This document shows positions 1 to 6,950 of a DNA stretch of 12,421 nt, piece after piece. The stretch is from Candidatus Aenigmatarchaeota archaeon. GTDB lineage: Archaea > Aenigmatarchaeota > Aenigmatarchaeia > QMZP01. Both the position numbers and the translations under genes were made by a program. Numbering within the stretch: the first letter of the stretch is position 1; each line of letters opens with the position of its first letter. The stretch is from contig JAWCLA010000022.1 of NCBI GenBank assembly GCA_039091855.1, forward strand, positions 1 through 12,421. Reading direction: 5' to 3'. The notes below the pieces were generated by a model that was not told where the DNA came from, did not search any database, and was given only the letters and a program-made list of their open reading frames with translations.

Positions 1-1362
1 AAAGAACCATTTTAAGTATTTTAATAGGGTTATCTTTAATTGGCTTGGGTTTTGTTTCAGTTGGCGCTGCTACGCCTTTCTCAACAAAATCCTCATATAT
101 TTCGGAAACAGTTATTAATAAAATTCTGAAAGATATTATGAATGACCTCCTTTCTATTTCCGAAAATACTCAAGAAGCAATTAAAATTCTGAAAAATGTT
201 ATCATCGATCTTACTAAGATTTCCGGAACAAACGAGATTATTTCTAAAATTAACAAAGCTATTGATTTATTAACCGAAGAAAAAGAGACTGGCACCCCTA
301 CTCCCACTACTACTCCGGTTTCTTGTCTGCTACGGAGCAGTTTGCGGAATTCCTTCCGGAGAATCCATCAATCCTGGCGAAACCAAATACTACAAAATTG
401 ACATGACCAAATGGATTGAGTGGGAGAGGAAAATGCACGAAATGATTATGGGAAATTTTGAAAAAGGTTATGAAATTTGTTTATCTAATCGTAAAAAAGA
501 AATTGAACTTTACAATAGAAGATGCAAAGACGGCCAACTCTGCAAGGAATACAGCTGCTGGCCAGAGTGCGACCCTGCAAAACCCTTAGAAAGTTGCTCA
601 ACTTATTTTTCCATTATTTGGGGTAGTGGTAGTGATTATTGCAAAAACCCACCTAATCCAAATTATCAAACTATATGTTATGAGGCACAACAAAATAGTA
701 TTAAAGAAGAAAAAGAAAGGATGAAAAAATTAGAAGAGTTGTACGCAAGCGGTAATTCTGTACCATTATTAATAGGCATAGAGATAGGATGTTTTCCATA
801 TGTTAGTCCTCATGGCTGTGACCCTAATAACCCCTATGCAGAGGATAGGAATCTTAGAATAGGCATAGGATTTGATGCCATACCTATTTACGAAAATTAT
901 CCTGCTCAAATTGTCAGTAAAAGTTTCAACAATTGTGAAAATTTTTTGGAGCATGAGTTTACTCTAGTTCTTGACAAAGCCGAAATTGAACAATGGAAAA
1001 GCGAATTAAAGCAGAAATTAGGAAGAACTACACTTTATAATTTAGATTTAGAGCTAGCTGGGTATAATGAATTTATTAAAGCACTTCAATCAAAAGTTAC
1101 CAAAAATCACCCTGTTTTAGTGGCAGAGGAGGGTCCTGGTAATAGGCATTTATGGGGAGATAATGGAAGAGCCTGTGCAGCTCTTTTTAGATTTACAGAC
1201 TATAATTCCAAAGAAATTTACATAATGATTCACAATTTAGGAACAAAGAAAAGGGAGTTTCTTATGACATTAAATGGTCCCACCGGCGTTTCCCAGCAAG
1301 AATACCAAAAGTGGCTCAACCAGCCAGATTGCGACCATCCTTATGAGTGCACACCCTATTAA
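1..1362 (+). pseudogene. Secreted Cys-rich hypothetical protein, 5'-truncated by the window edge and apparently split by one frameshift near 319-327 (joins track ORFs 45..401 and 403..1362)
   Basis: Frame 3 is open from nt 3 and reads RTILSILIGLSLIGLGFVSVGAA (signal-peptide-like), then a helical stretch and a TGTPTPTTTP linker. Frame 1 is open from 274 and reads LVCYGAVCGIPSGESINPGETKYYKIDMTKW straight into the 319-aa ORF, which stops at TAA 1360-1362. The region is visibly more AT-rich than the neighbouring core genes. Two separate genes remain possible. Confidence 0.6.
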
Positions 1363-1374
1363 AACATTTTTCAT

Positions 1375-2109
1375 CTAAGGATTTATCCTTTCCAAAAATT
1401 CCTTCTCCATAAAATGCAGCCTTCCCGGAATGATGAGAACAGCGGGCGGGCCCAAATCAGAAGCCAAAAGCTCTCCTGCTCCCCTGTAAAGGATTTTCCG
1501 ACTTTCCGAGCCGAGGCAGGAGCAGGCAACTATCTTCTGCTCGGAGATTATTTTCTTCTTCACCGATTTCTCAATGCCCAAAAGGATTTCCACACCCTGA
1601 GCAACCCCCATTCCTATGTCCAAAAGGACAAGGGTGTGCAACCCGAGTTTCCTGTTCTCGATAATATTGTCGGCAAAAGAGCTTGGGTGGAAGTTTTCCT
1701 GCGGCGAAGGTATGCTAACAGTCTTCCCAAAATTGTAAATGGATAATCCACACTCCGCAACAGCGGTGAAAATGGAAGAGGAATGGATTATTTTGACAGG
1801 AATTCCCAATTCTTTAGCCTCACAAACAACGGACAAGTGCGTGGTTGCCGAAAGCGGGTCGCCGGGAACGAGAACCGCTATGTCCCTGTTTTTTGCCTTA
1901 TCAACTAAACTAAAAGATTTCTCCTCCAAGTCCCTTCTCTCCAAAACCCTTATCTTCTTTCCTATTATTTTCTCAAGATTTTTGAGAGAGCCTCCCCACT
2001 TTGCAGTGTAAAGCTCGGCAAACACCTCTTTTGATTTTTTGCAGTATTCGATACCTTTAAGCGAGATGTCCGTCTCGTCCCATATTCCGAGTCCTATTAA
2101 GTAGAGCAT
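1375..2109 (-). CDS. dph5: Diphthine synthase (diphthamide biosynthesis methyltransferase)
   Basis: 244 aa with the family motifs MLYLIGLG-D-DISLKG, ELYT, GDPLSATTH, GLSIYNFGKTVSIP, GLHTLVLLDI and LIIPGRLHFME. Confidence 0.96.
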   Translation of the reverse strand: MLYLIGLGIWDETDISLKGIEYCKKSKEVFAELYTAKWGGSLKNLEKIIGKKIRVLERRDLEEKSFSLVDKAKNRDIAVLVPGDPLSATTHLSVVCEAKELGIPVKIIHSSSIFTAVAECGLSIYNFGKTVSIPSPQENFHPSSFADNIIENRKLGLHTLVLLDIGMGVAQGVEILLGIEKSVKKKIISEQKIVACSCLGSESRKILYRGAGELLASDLGPPAVLIIPGRLHFMEKEFLERINP

Positions 2110-2130
2110 ATAAAATTTCAGTCATGAGGA

Positions 2131-2138
2131 GTTATAAA
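2131..2138 (-). promoter_or_regulatory. TATA box of dph5 (probably leaderless transcript)
   Basis: Minus-strand TTTATAAC begins 29 nt upstream of the ATG at 2109. Confidence 0.6.
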
Positions 2139-2146
2139 TCCCCATA

Positions 2147-3652
2147 TCAGAACAGGTGGAAAATCCTTCCGATGGGGTTTTTTCTGGGCCTTGCAGCAGA
2201 CTTTGTTATAATTCTGTTATTTATGCAACCGATGTCAGGGGCGTCCAGTTCACCGAAATATGCATAAGCCCTTGCCCTGCAACCACCGCAAACGAACTTG
2301 TTCTCACAGACACCACAATGCCCTTTCAATGAGGAGCGGTCCCTTAATTTTTGCAATACAGGCGAATTGTGCCATATTTCTTCAATGGAAGACTCCCTTA
2401 TGTTGCCAACTTTTATTGGAAGAAAAACGCAAGGCTGAACATCACCTGTCGGCTCTATGGAACAGTAAAGCCTTCCTGCCCCGCAGCCACCTATGAACTC
2501 GCAAAGCTCGTCGTATTTCCCTACGATGTCCCTGTGGAAGAAGTGTGTTGGGATAGAGGAACCGTTGTTGACGCAAACCCTTCCCAGTTGTGGGGCGGTT
2601 GTCATAACATAAGGCGGTCCTGAATTCATCTTGCTGTAAACGAAATCCAGCATTTTTTCCCTCTCTTCAGGGGACAAATCAAGTTTCTGGTTTTCCTTTC
2701 CCCTTCCGGAAGGGACAAAGTTGAAAAAAACGAGCATTTTCACCTTCAATGACCTGGCAAGCTCATATATTTCGCCCATCTCGTGAAAGTTGTTTTTGGT
2801 TATGGTTGTCGCTATGCAGGTGTAGTTTCCTGCCTTCACGGAATTCCTTATTCCCCTTATTGTAAGATTGAAAACTCCCGGTATACCCCTGAAAGAATCG
2901 TGCGTTCTCTCGTTTGCGCCATCAAGGCTTATCTCCACATAGTCCACACATTCCTTGAGTCTTTTTGCAACATCCCTTGTTATCAGTGTCCCGTTGGTTG
3001 CTACTGATACATAGAGACCTTTCTCTCTTGCGTAAGAGGCAACCTCAAAGAAGTCCCTTCTCATCAATGGCTCCCCGCCTGCGAATGAAAGAGCAACCAC
3101 CCCTGCCTCGCAAAGCTCATCAACAACTTTTTTTGCCTCTTCTGTGGAAAGCTCCTCATCAAGCCTCTTTCCGGCATTAATGTAACAGTGCCTGCATTTT
3201 AGGTTACACAAGTGTGTCCAGTCCCAGACCACCATAAATGGCGCGATTGTTGTCTGGGGCTTTTTTACACCATAAAACGCTATGCCCCTTATAACGTTTA
3301 TCAGTCCCCTCATCAGCGTTTGGTTAGAAAAAGTCCTTTTCATCTCCTCCTCCGAAAGACCGAAAGCGTTTCCTGCCCTTCTGAGAACAATTGAGCCCAG
3401 CGCGTAATGGAAGGCGCAGGTCGGGCATAATTTTATCTCTTCGCCTGCATACTTCCTGAGAATGAGCTCAAGCCTTTTCCCGCACTTTTCGCAGTCAATT
3501 GATAGTGATTTCAGAAAAAGCCTTGACAGCGGGTTGTTAAGCCACATTTCCACGCTTTTGACAAGAAACCTTGCAGGATTTCTCTCTTTGGCAGACTGAA
3601 AACTAAGCAAATACCTCCCATTTGCTTCCGTATTGCGGCTTTTTTCCCTCAT
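2147..3652 (-). CDS. Radical SAM/SPASM-domain protein (PqqE/NirJ/AhbCD-like superfamily) with an extra N-terminal CxxC...CxxC domain
   Basis: CNLKCRHCY radical SAM motif, GGEPL, ATNG and ISLDG. The SPASM region is CGAG...GDVQPC...GNI...CGVCENKFVCGGCRARA...C. N-terminal CEKC and CPTC pairs. Preferred start is ATG 3652 (SD-like GTAGGTGGT 4 nt upstream); GTG 3661 and TTG 3610 are in-frame alternatives. Confidence 0.92.
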   Translation of the reverse strand: MREKSRNTEANGRYLLSFQSAKERNPARFLVKSVEMWLNNPLSRLFLKSLSIDCEKCGKRLELILRKYAGEEIKLCPTCAFHYALGSIVLRRAGNAFGLSEEEMKRTFSNQTLMRGLINVIRGIAFYGVKKPQTTIAPFMVVWDWTHLCNLKCRHCYINAGKRLDEELSTEEAKKVVDELCEAGVVALSFAGGEPLMRRDFFEVASYAREKGLYVSVATNGTLITRDVAKRLKECVDYVEISLDGANERTHDSFRGIPGVFNLTIRGIRNSVKAGNYTCIATTITKNNFHEMGEIYELARSLKVKMLVFFNFVPSGRGKENQKLDLSPEEREKMLDFVYSKMNSGPPYVMTTAPQLGRVCVNNGSSIPTHFFHRDIVGKYDELCEFIGGCGAGRLYCSIEPTGDVQPCVFLPIKVGNIRESSIEEIWHNSPVLQKLRDRSSLKGHCGVCENKFVCGGCRARAYAYFGELDAPDIGCINNRIITKSAARPRKNPIGRIFHLF

Positions 3653-3695
3653 TCCAACCACCTACCGAAGCATTTTCTTGCAATAAACCCACCAT
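3603..3695 (-). CDS. Putative 30-aa peptide MVGLLQENASVGGWNEGKKPQYGSKWEVFA (candidate radical SAM substrate or uORF)
   Basis: ATG at 3695 to TAG at 3603-3605, translated by hand. The ATG lies 31-33 nt from the start of a TATA box (3719-3728), close to the spacing of the other apparently leaderless genes here. It overlaps the 5' end of the radical SAM gene in a different frame. Confidence 0.35.
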   Translation of the reverse strand: MVGLLQENASVGGWNEGKKPQYGSKWEVFA

Positions 3696-3718
3696 AACGG
3701 GTTTAATTATCCAAAAGT

Positions 3719-3728
3719 TATTTATAAG
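3719..3728 (-). promoter_or_regulatory. TATA box for the peptide/radical SAM transcript
   Basis: Minus-strand CTTATAAATA preceded by an A-rich BRE-like CCAAAAAA. Confidence 0.55.
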
Positions 3729-3792
3729 TTTTTTGGTATTCACGAGGCAGAGAAGCCAATTCTTTTTAACCTCGCTAAACAATCATATTTTT

Positions 3793-4455
3793 ATGAACCC
3801 TCTTCAGGTTTACAGGAGGTTGTTGAAGGAATTCGGCCCGCAGGGATGGTGGCCTGTGCAGAACGGCTTCTCACCTCCCGAATGGGAGGTTTGCGTGGGA
3901 GCTGTGCTGACACAAAACACCAATTGGGGAAATGTTGAGAAGGCGCTCAAGAACCTAAAAGAAGCCGGCGTAAATTCACCGCAAAAAACACTTTCCGAAA
4001 GGAACCACGTGCTGAAAAACCTGATAAGGCCGTCTGGATACTACACGCAGAAGGCGCACAGGCTGAAAGAACTTGCGAGGTTCGTTTCACAGTTTGAGGG
4101 GGAGAGGGATTTCCTGAAGGGAGTGGACAGGAATGACCTGCTTCTCATAAATGGAATAGGTCCTGAAACAGCGGATTCTATACTTCTATATGCCGCAAAC
4201 CGCAAGTTCTTTGTGGTGGACGCCTACACCAAAAGGATATTCTCAAGAATGGGTATGATAGGCGATGACTGGGGGTATGAGAAGGTAAGGCATTTTTTCG
4301 AGAAAAATCTCCCGAAGGACGTTGATGTGTACAAGGAGTTTCACGCCCTGATAGTGAAGCTGGGAAAGGAGAAGTGCAAAAAAGTCCCGAAATGCGACTC
4401 CTGCCCGCTTTCCGATGCGTGCAGATATCCGAGAAGAAGGAAAAGGAGAATTTAA
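3793..4455 (+). CDS. Endonuclease III-related HhH-GPD protein with C-terminal [4Fe-4S] motif (COG2231-like)
   Basis: GPQGWWP, EVCVGAVLTQNTNW-NVEKAL, IRPSGYY-QKA-RLK, HhH motif INGIGPETADSILLYA, VVDAYTKR, EFHALIV and CKKVPKCDSCPLSDAC. The real start is probably ATG 3793 (TTTTTAAC at 3763-3770), not 3622 as in the track. Confidence 0.92.
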   Translation: MNPLQVYRRLLKEFGPQGWWPVQNGFSPPEWEVCVGAVLTQNTNWGNVEKALKNLKEAGVNSPQKTLSERNHVLKNLIRPSGYYTQKAHRLKELARFVSQFEGERDFLKGVDRNDLLLINGIGPETADSILLYAANRKFFVVDAYTKRIFSRMGMIGDDWGYEKVRHFFEKNLPKDVDVYKEFHALIVKLGKEKCKKVPKCDSCPLSDACRYPRRRKRRI

Positions 4456-4479
4456 AGCTTTTTTTCTTTTTGAAATAAT

Positions 4480-5367
4480 ATGGCACAAAAAAGCCTGTCA
4501 GAAATATCAGGGGTTCCAGAACCCGAAAGCAGGGATTTTGTGCTCCAAAGGTCAAGGGAGCTTGCCAGAAGATACATCCACAAATGTCAACGAAGACTCA
4601 CAGGAGAGCCTTTCATAAGGCATCCTGAAAGGCTTGAAAAGCTTGTTTGCAGCGTCCTGAAAGAAACAGAACTCAAAATCCCCGCAAGGGCATCGGCGCT
4701 TGTTCACGAATGCTCTGAAGACAGCAACATACAGGTTTTTGGGGAAGAACCTTGCCTGAGCAATTTTTACAAGAATGTTGAAAATGATGGAAAGAGCATT
4801 TGTTACATAGTTGACAAGCTCACCCACAAAAAGGATATAAGATATATTGTGTATATGTACAGGCTCTTCAGGCTTGCGCCTTCCGGAAAGGAAAGGGATC
4901 TTGATTTGCTAACCCTTATCATCAAGATGCTTGACAGATATGAAAACACAAACCCGAAAGACAGGATCAATAAGGACTATTATGTTGATGAGTTCAGGGA
5001 GTTCAAAAAACAGGGAAGGGAACGGGAGCTTTTGAAAAAATACAACATAAGGAACTCCAACAGAAGACTGAGCGAGAGGGAATTCCTGGATTTGCTGGGA
5101 GAGAAGCTTGTGAGAAAGCTTCTCGTAAACGCAATTGACAACACGGGTCCTTATTTGCCAAAAATAGAATACTCATATCCCTATCTTTGGGCAGCGGAAA
5201 AGGTATTTTCCGAAGAGCTGACAGAGGAAGACAGGAGGCTTTTTTACCCTGATGTGGTGAACGAGATAATGGACGAGTGCAAACACAACTCCGAAGCCAT
5301 AATAAGAAAATACAGGGACAGGTTCAGGATGGAGTGGATTTCTGACTTGGGCTACTTCAGGAAATGA
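4480..5367 (+). CDS. HD-domain protein resembling RelA/SpoT hydrolase domains (Mesh1/small alarmone hydrolase-like), with HE in place of HD
   Basis: HKCQRRLTGEPFIRHP matches H-GQ-R--GEPYI-HP, ALVHECSED matches ALLHD--ED, IVDKLTH follows, and IIKMLDRYEN matches VKLADRLHN. TATA-like TTTAAAGC at 4451-4458. Confidence 0.7.
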   Translation: MAQKSLSEISGVPEPESRDFVLQRSRELARRYIHKCQRRLTGEPFIRHPERLEKLVCSVLKETELKIPARASALVHECSEDSNIQVFGEEPCLSNFYKNVENDGKSICYIVDKLTHKKDIRYIVYMYRLFRLAPSGKERDLDLLTLIIKMLDRYENTNPKDRINKDYYVDEFREFKKQGRERELLKKYNIRNSNRRLSEREFLDLLGEKLVRKLLVNAIDNTGPYLPKIEYSYPYLWAAEKVFSEELTEEDRRLFYPDVVNEIMDECKHNSEAIIRKYRDRFRMEWISDLGYFRK

Positions 5368-5874
5368 CTAACGGCTGTGCTTTTTTATAGCGGAGTCTAT
5401 GCTCTTTCTTTCCAGAATCACATCAGTAAGTATGTTGTTTTTAACTCTGCGTTCGGTTATGTTATTTTTTCTTAATTTTGAGTTAATCCTGTTTATTGTC
5501 TGCCTTACCTGTTTGTAGGCATAGATTCCTGAAACAAGGGCGTCCCTCTCGTGCCTGTTCTGCCAGACCCTGCCATTTGAGTTGAGATATTCCTTCGCTA
5601 TCTCGTGCTTTTCCTTTCTTGAGAATGTCTCTCCTGGCTGTATAAGCCTTGCTGAAAAGCTAGTGGCTATCCTTTCGACACCCTTTGGTGCAGGGTTTAT
5701 GTCAGTGGAAATTATTATCGGATTTCCCTCCTCTGAAACAATCCTTGAGATGTCTGACCTTGAGAGGTTTTTCCCGCTCTTAATAAGAAGAAGCTTTCCG
5801 TCAAGGTCAAAAACAGCGATTCCGGTTGTGGTTCCAGGATCTATACCGACTATAACAGGCTTTCCGTCCCTCAT
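5368..5874 (-). CDS. DUF460 family RNase H-fold putative nuclease (short, COG2433-like)
   Basis: IVGIDPGTTTGIAVFDLDG, G-PIIISTD-NPAP--VERIA-SF-A, EKHE and N-HERDAL. Its stop codon directly abuts that of the convergent HD gene (TGA|CTA at 5365-5370). Confidence 0.85.
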   Translation of the reverse strand: MRDGKPVIVGIDPGTTTGIAVFDLDGKLLLIKSGKNLSRSDISRIVSEEGNPIIISTDINPAPKGVERIATSFSARLIQPGETFSRKEKHEIAKEYLNSNGRVWQNRHERDALVSGIYAYKQVRQTINRINSKLRKNNITERRVKNNILTDVILERKSIDSAIKKHSR

Positions 5875-5898
5875 TCAGATTAAAATATAAATCGCAAC

Positions 5899-5906
5899 TT
5901 TATATG
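5899..5906. promoter_or_regulatory. Probable shared bidirectional TATA box
   Basis: TTTATATG (reverse CATATAAA) is centred in the 55-bp gap, 25 nt from ATG 5874 (-) and 24 nt from ATG 5930 (+). Confidence 0.5.
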
Positions 5907-5929
5907 ATTATTGGAAGGAGAGCAAAATT

Positions 5930-6214
5930 ATGAAATACCCGGATTCTGTTTTGACAAAAAACAGGAAGGGAGAGACAGAAGTGAGGCTTTTGATAGACAG
6001 GGGAAAGTTCACAAGGTACACTTACATTTATCCGGACGGGAAGCCTGCGGAAGGTGGAAAGATAAGCGTGATTCTGACAAACGAGAAGGGTGAGCGTACC
6101 CATTATTTCCTGATTCCCACAAAAGGGGGAAGGTATTTGGCAATAATTCCAAAAGAAGAAAAAGAATTCCGCAAGGTGTGGGACCCTAAGCAGATGAAGG
6201 AGGTCGGGGTTTGA
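5930..6214 (+). CDS. Small basic hypothetical protein (94 aa, probably beta-rich)
   Basis: Clean ATG..TGA ORF filling the gap, with natural composition, a TATA box at the expected distance and a T-rich tract (TTTTTCCTTT) after the stop. Family not recognised. Confidence 0.75.
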   Translation: MKYPDSVLTKNRKGETEVRLLIDRGKFTRYTYIYPDGKPAEGGKISVILTNEKGERTHYFLIPTKGGRYLAIIPKEEKEFRKVWDPKQMKEVGV

Positions 6215-6223
6215 TTTTTCCTT

Positions 6224-6918
6224 TCAGTCCAATATTTTATATGGTGCAACCATTTTCCGTAATTTATCACTGTTTCTCTCCATAGAAGCAATAGATTTTT
6301 TTAAAGTTTCAGGTTCATCCCTCAAGAAATCATACAACCCATAAACAGCTTTCCTTCTTTGTTCTTCTGAAAGGCTTCTGTAATCAAACAGTTCTCTTAA
6401 CATCCAAGCCATTTTCTTCCTTTTTAGCTGGGGTGTTGTCCCCAGCAAGAAAGATTCATTATAATCAATATCCAAACTATACAGAAATTGAACATTTGCT
6501 TCTATTGTTTGTGGATTGGTTCCTAAAAGTTGTGGCTGGTTTGTCAATAGCTCCCTGCCGGATTTTCTATCTTTGTAATCCTGTCTCAATAATCCAACAT
6601 GATGATGATAGTTTCTCTCAATGGTTTCAGGATTTCTTCCAAGCAAATGTGCTTGTTTGCTATCTTCTCATCACTCAATCCAAGAGCTGACAATCTCTTA
6701 TAGTTTCTCTCAATGGTTTCAGGATTCCTTCCAAGCAAATGTGCTAATGTTGCTATCTTATCATCACTTAGACTTTTTTCTTTTAGAAATCTATAAACCT
6801 CTCTAATAGACTCTTCAGTAGCTTTGGGACTATCTAAAACCCAACGTATTGAAAATTGATCAATTTCAATTCCTGGAAGCAATTCACTTAATAAATTATC
6901 CAAATTTTCTCTGTCCAT
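6224..6918 (-). pseudogene. mTERF-like helical repeat protein (about 231 aa when repaired) interrupted by a 1-bp deletion at about 6653-6657
   Basis: Track ORFs 6586..6918 and 6224..6646 join into one gene with 31-aa repeats: LSDDKIATLAHLLGRNPETIERNY, LSDEKIA(..)AHLLGRNPETIERNY, LTNQPQLLGTNPQTIEANVQFLYSLDI and FLLGTTPQ. The DNA repeat period is 92 rather than 93 nt. The mTERF resemblance is judged by eye. Confidence 0.7.
6608..6771. repeat. Two near-identical intragenic direct repeats, period 92 nt
   Basis: ATAGTTTCTCTCAATGGTTTCAGGATT(T/C)CTTCCAAGCAAATGTGCT starts at 6608 and at 6700; similarity continues through TGCTATCTT.TCATCACT. Confidence 0.95.
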
Positions 6919-6950
6919 TCTTTATAAAAGAATCCAAAGTTTTATAAAGA
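6919..6950 (-). promoter_or_regulatory. BRE/TATA promoter of the mTERF-like gene inside an 11-bp perfect inverted repeat
   Basis: TCTTTATAAAA (6919-6929) N10 TTTTATAAAGA (6940-6950). Minus-strand CGAAATC-TTTATAAA puts the TATA start 30 nt from ATG 6918. Confidence 0.55.

Noticed and set aside
1375-3652. Radical SAM gene as a diphthamide enzyme co-transcribed with dph5
   Set aside because: Dph2 is a non-canonical radical SAM enzyme without CxxxCxxC or SPASM motifs, and dph5 has its own TATA box in the 37-bp gap.
3622-3792. N-terminal extension of the HhH-GPD ORF given in the track
   Set aside because: It runs through the divergent promoter region. Family similarity starts after Met 3793, which has a correctly spaced TATA box.
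6645-6665. Programmed ribosomal frameshift in the mTERF-like gene
   Set aside because: There is no X XXY YYZ slippery heptamer or long homopolymer at the lesion, and comparison with the sister repeat shows a simple 1-bp loss.
6608-6771. Direct repeats as a mini CRISPR array or DGR template/variable repeat pair
   Set aside because: There are only two copies and they follow a 31-codon protein repeat. Differences are not adenine-specific, and no cas or reverse transcriptase gene is in the window.
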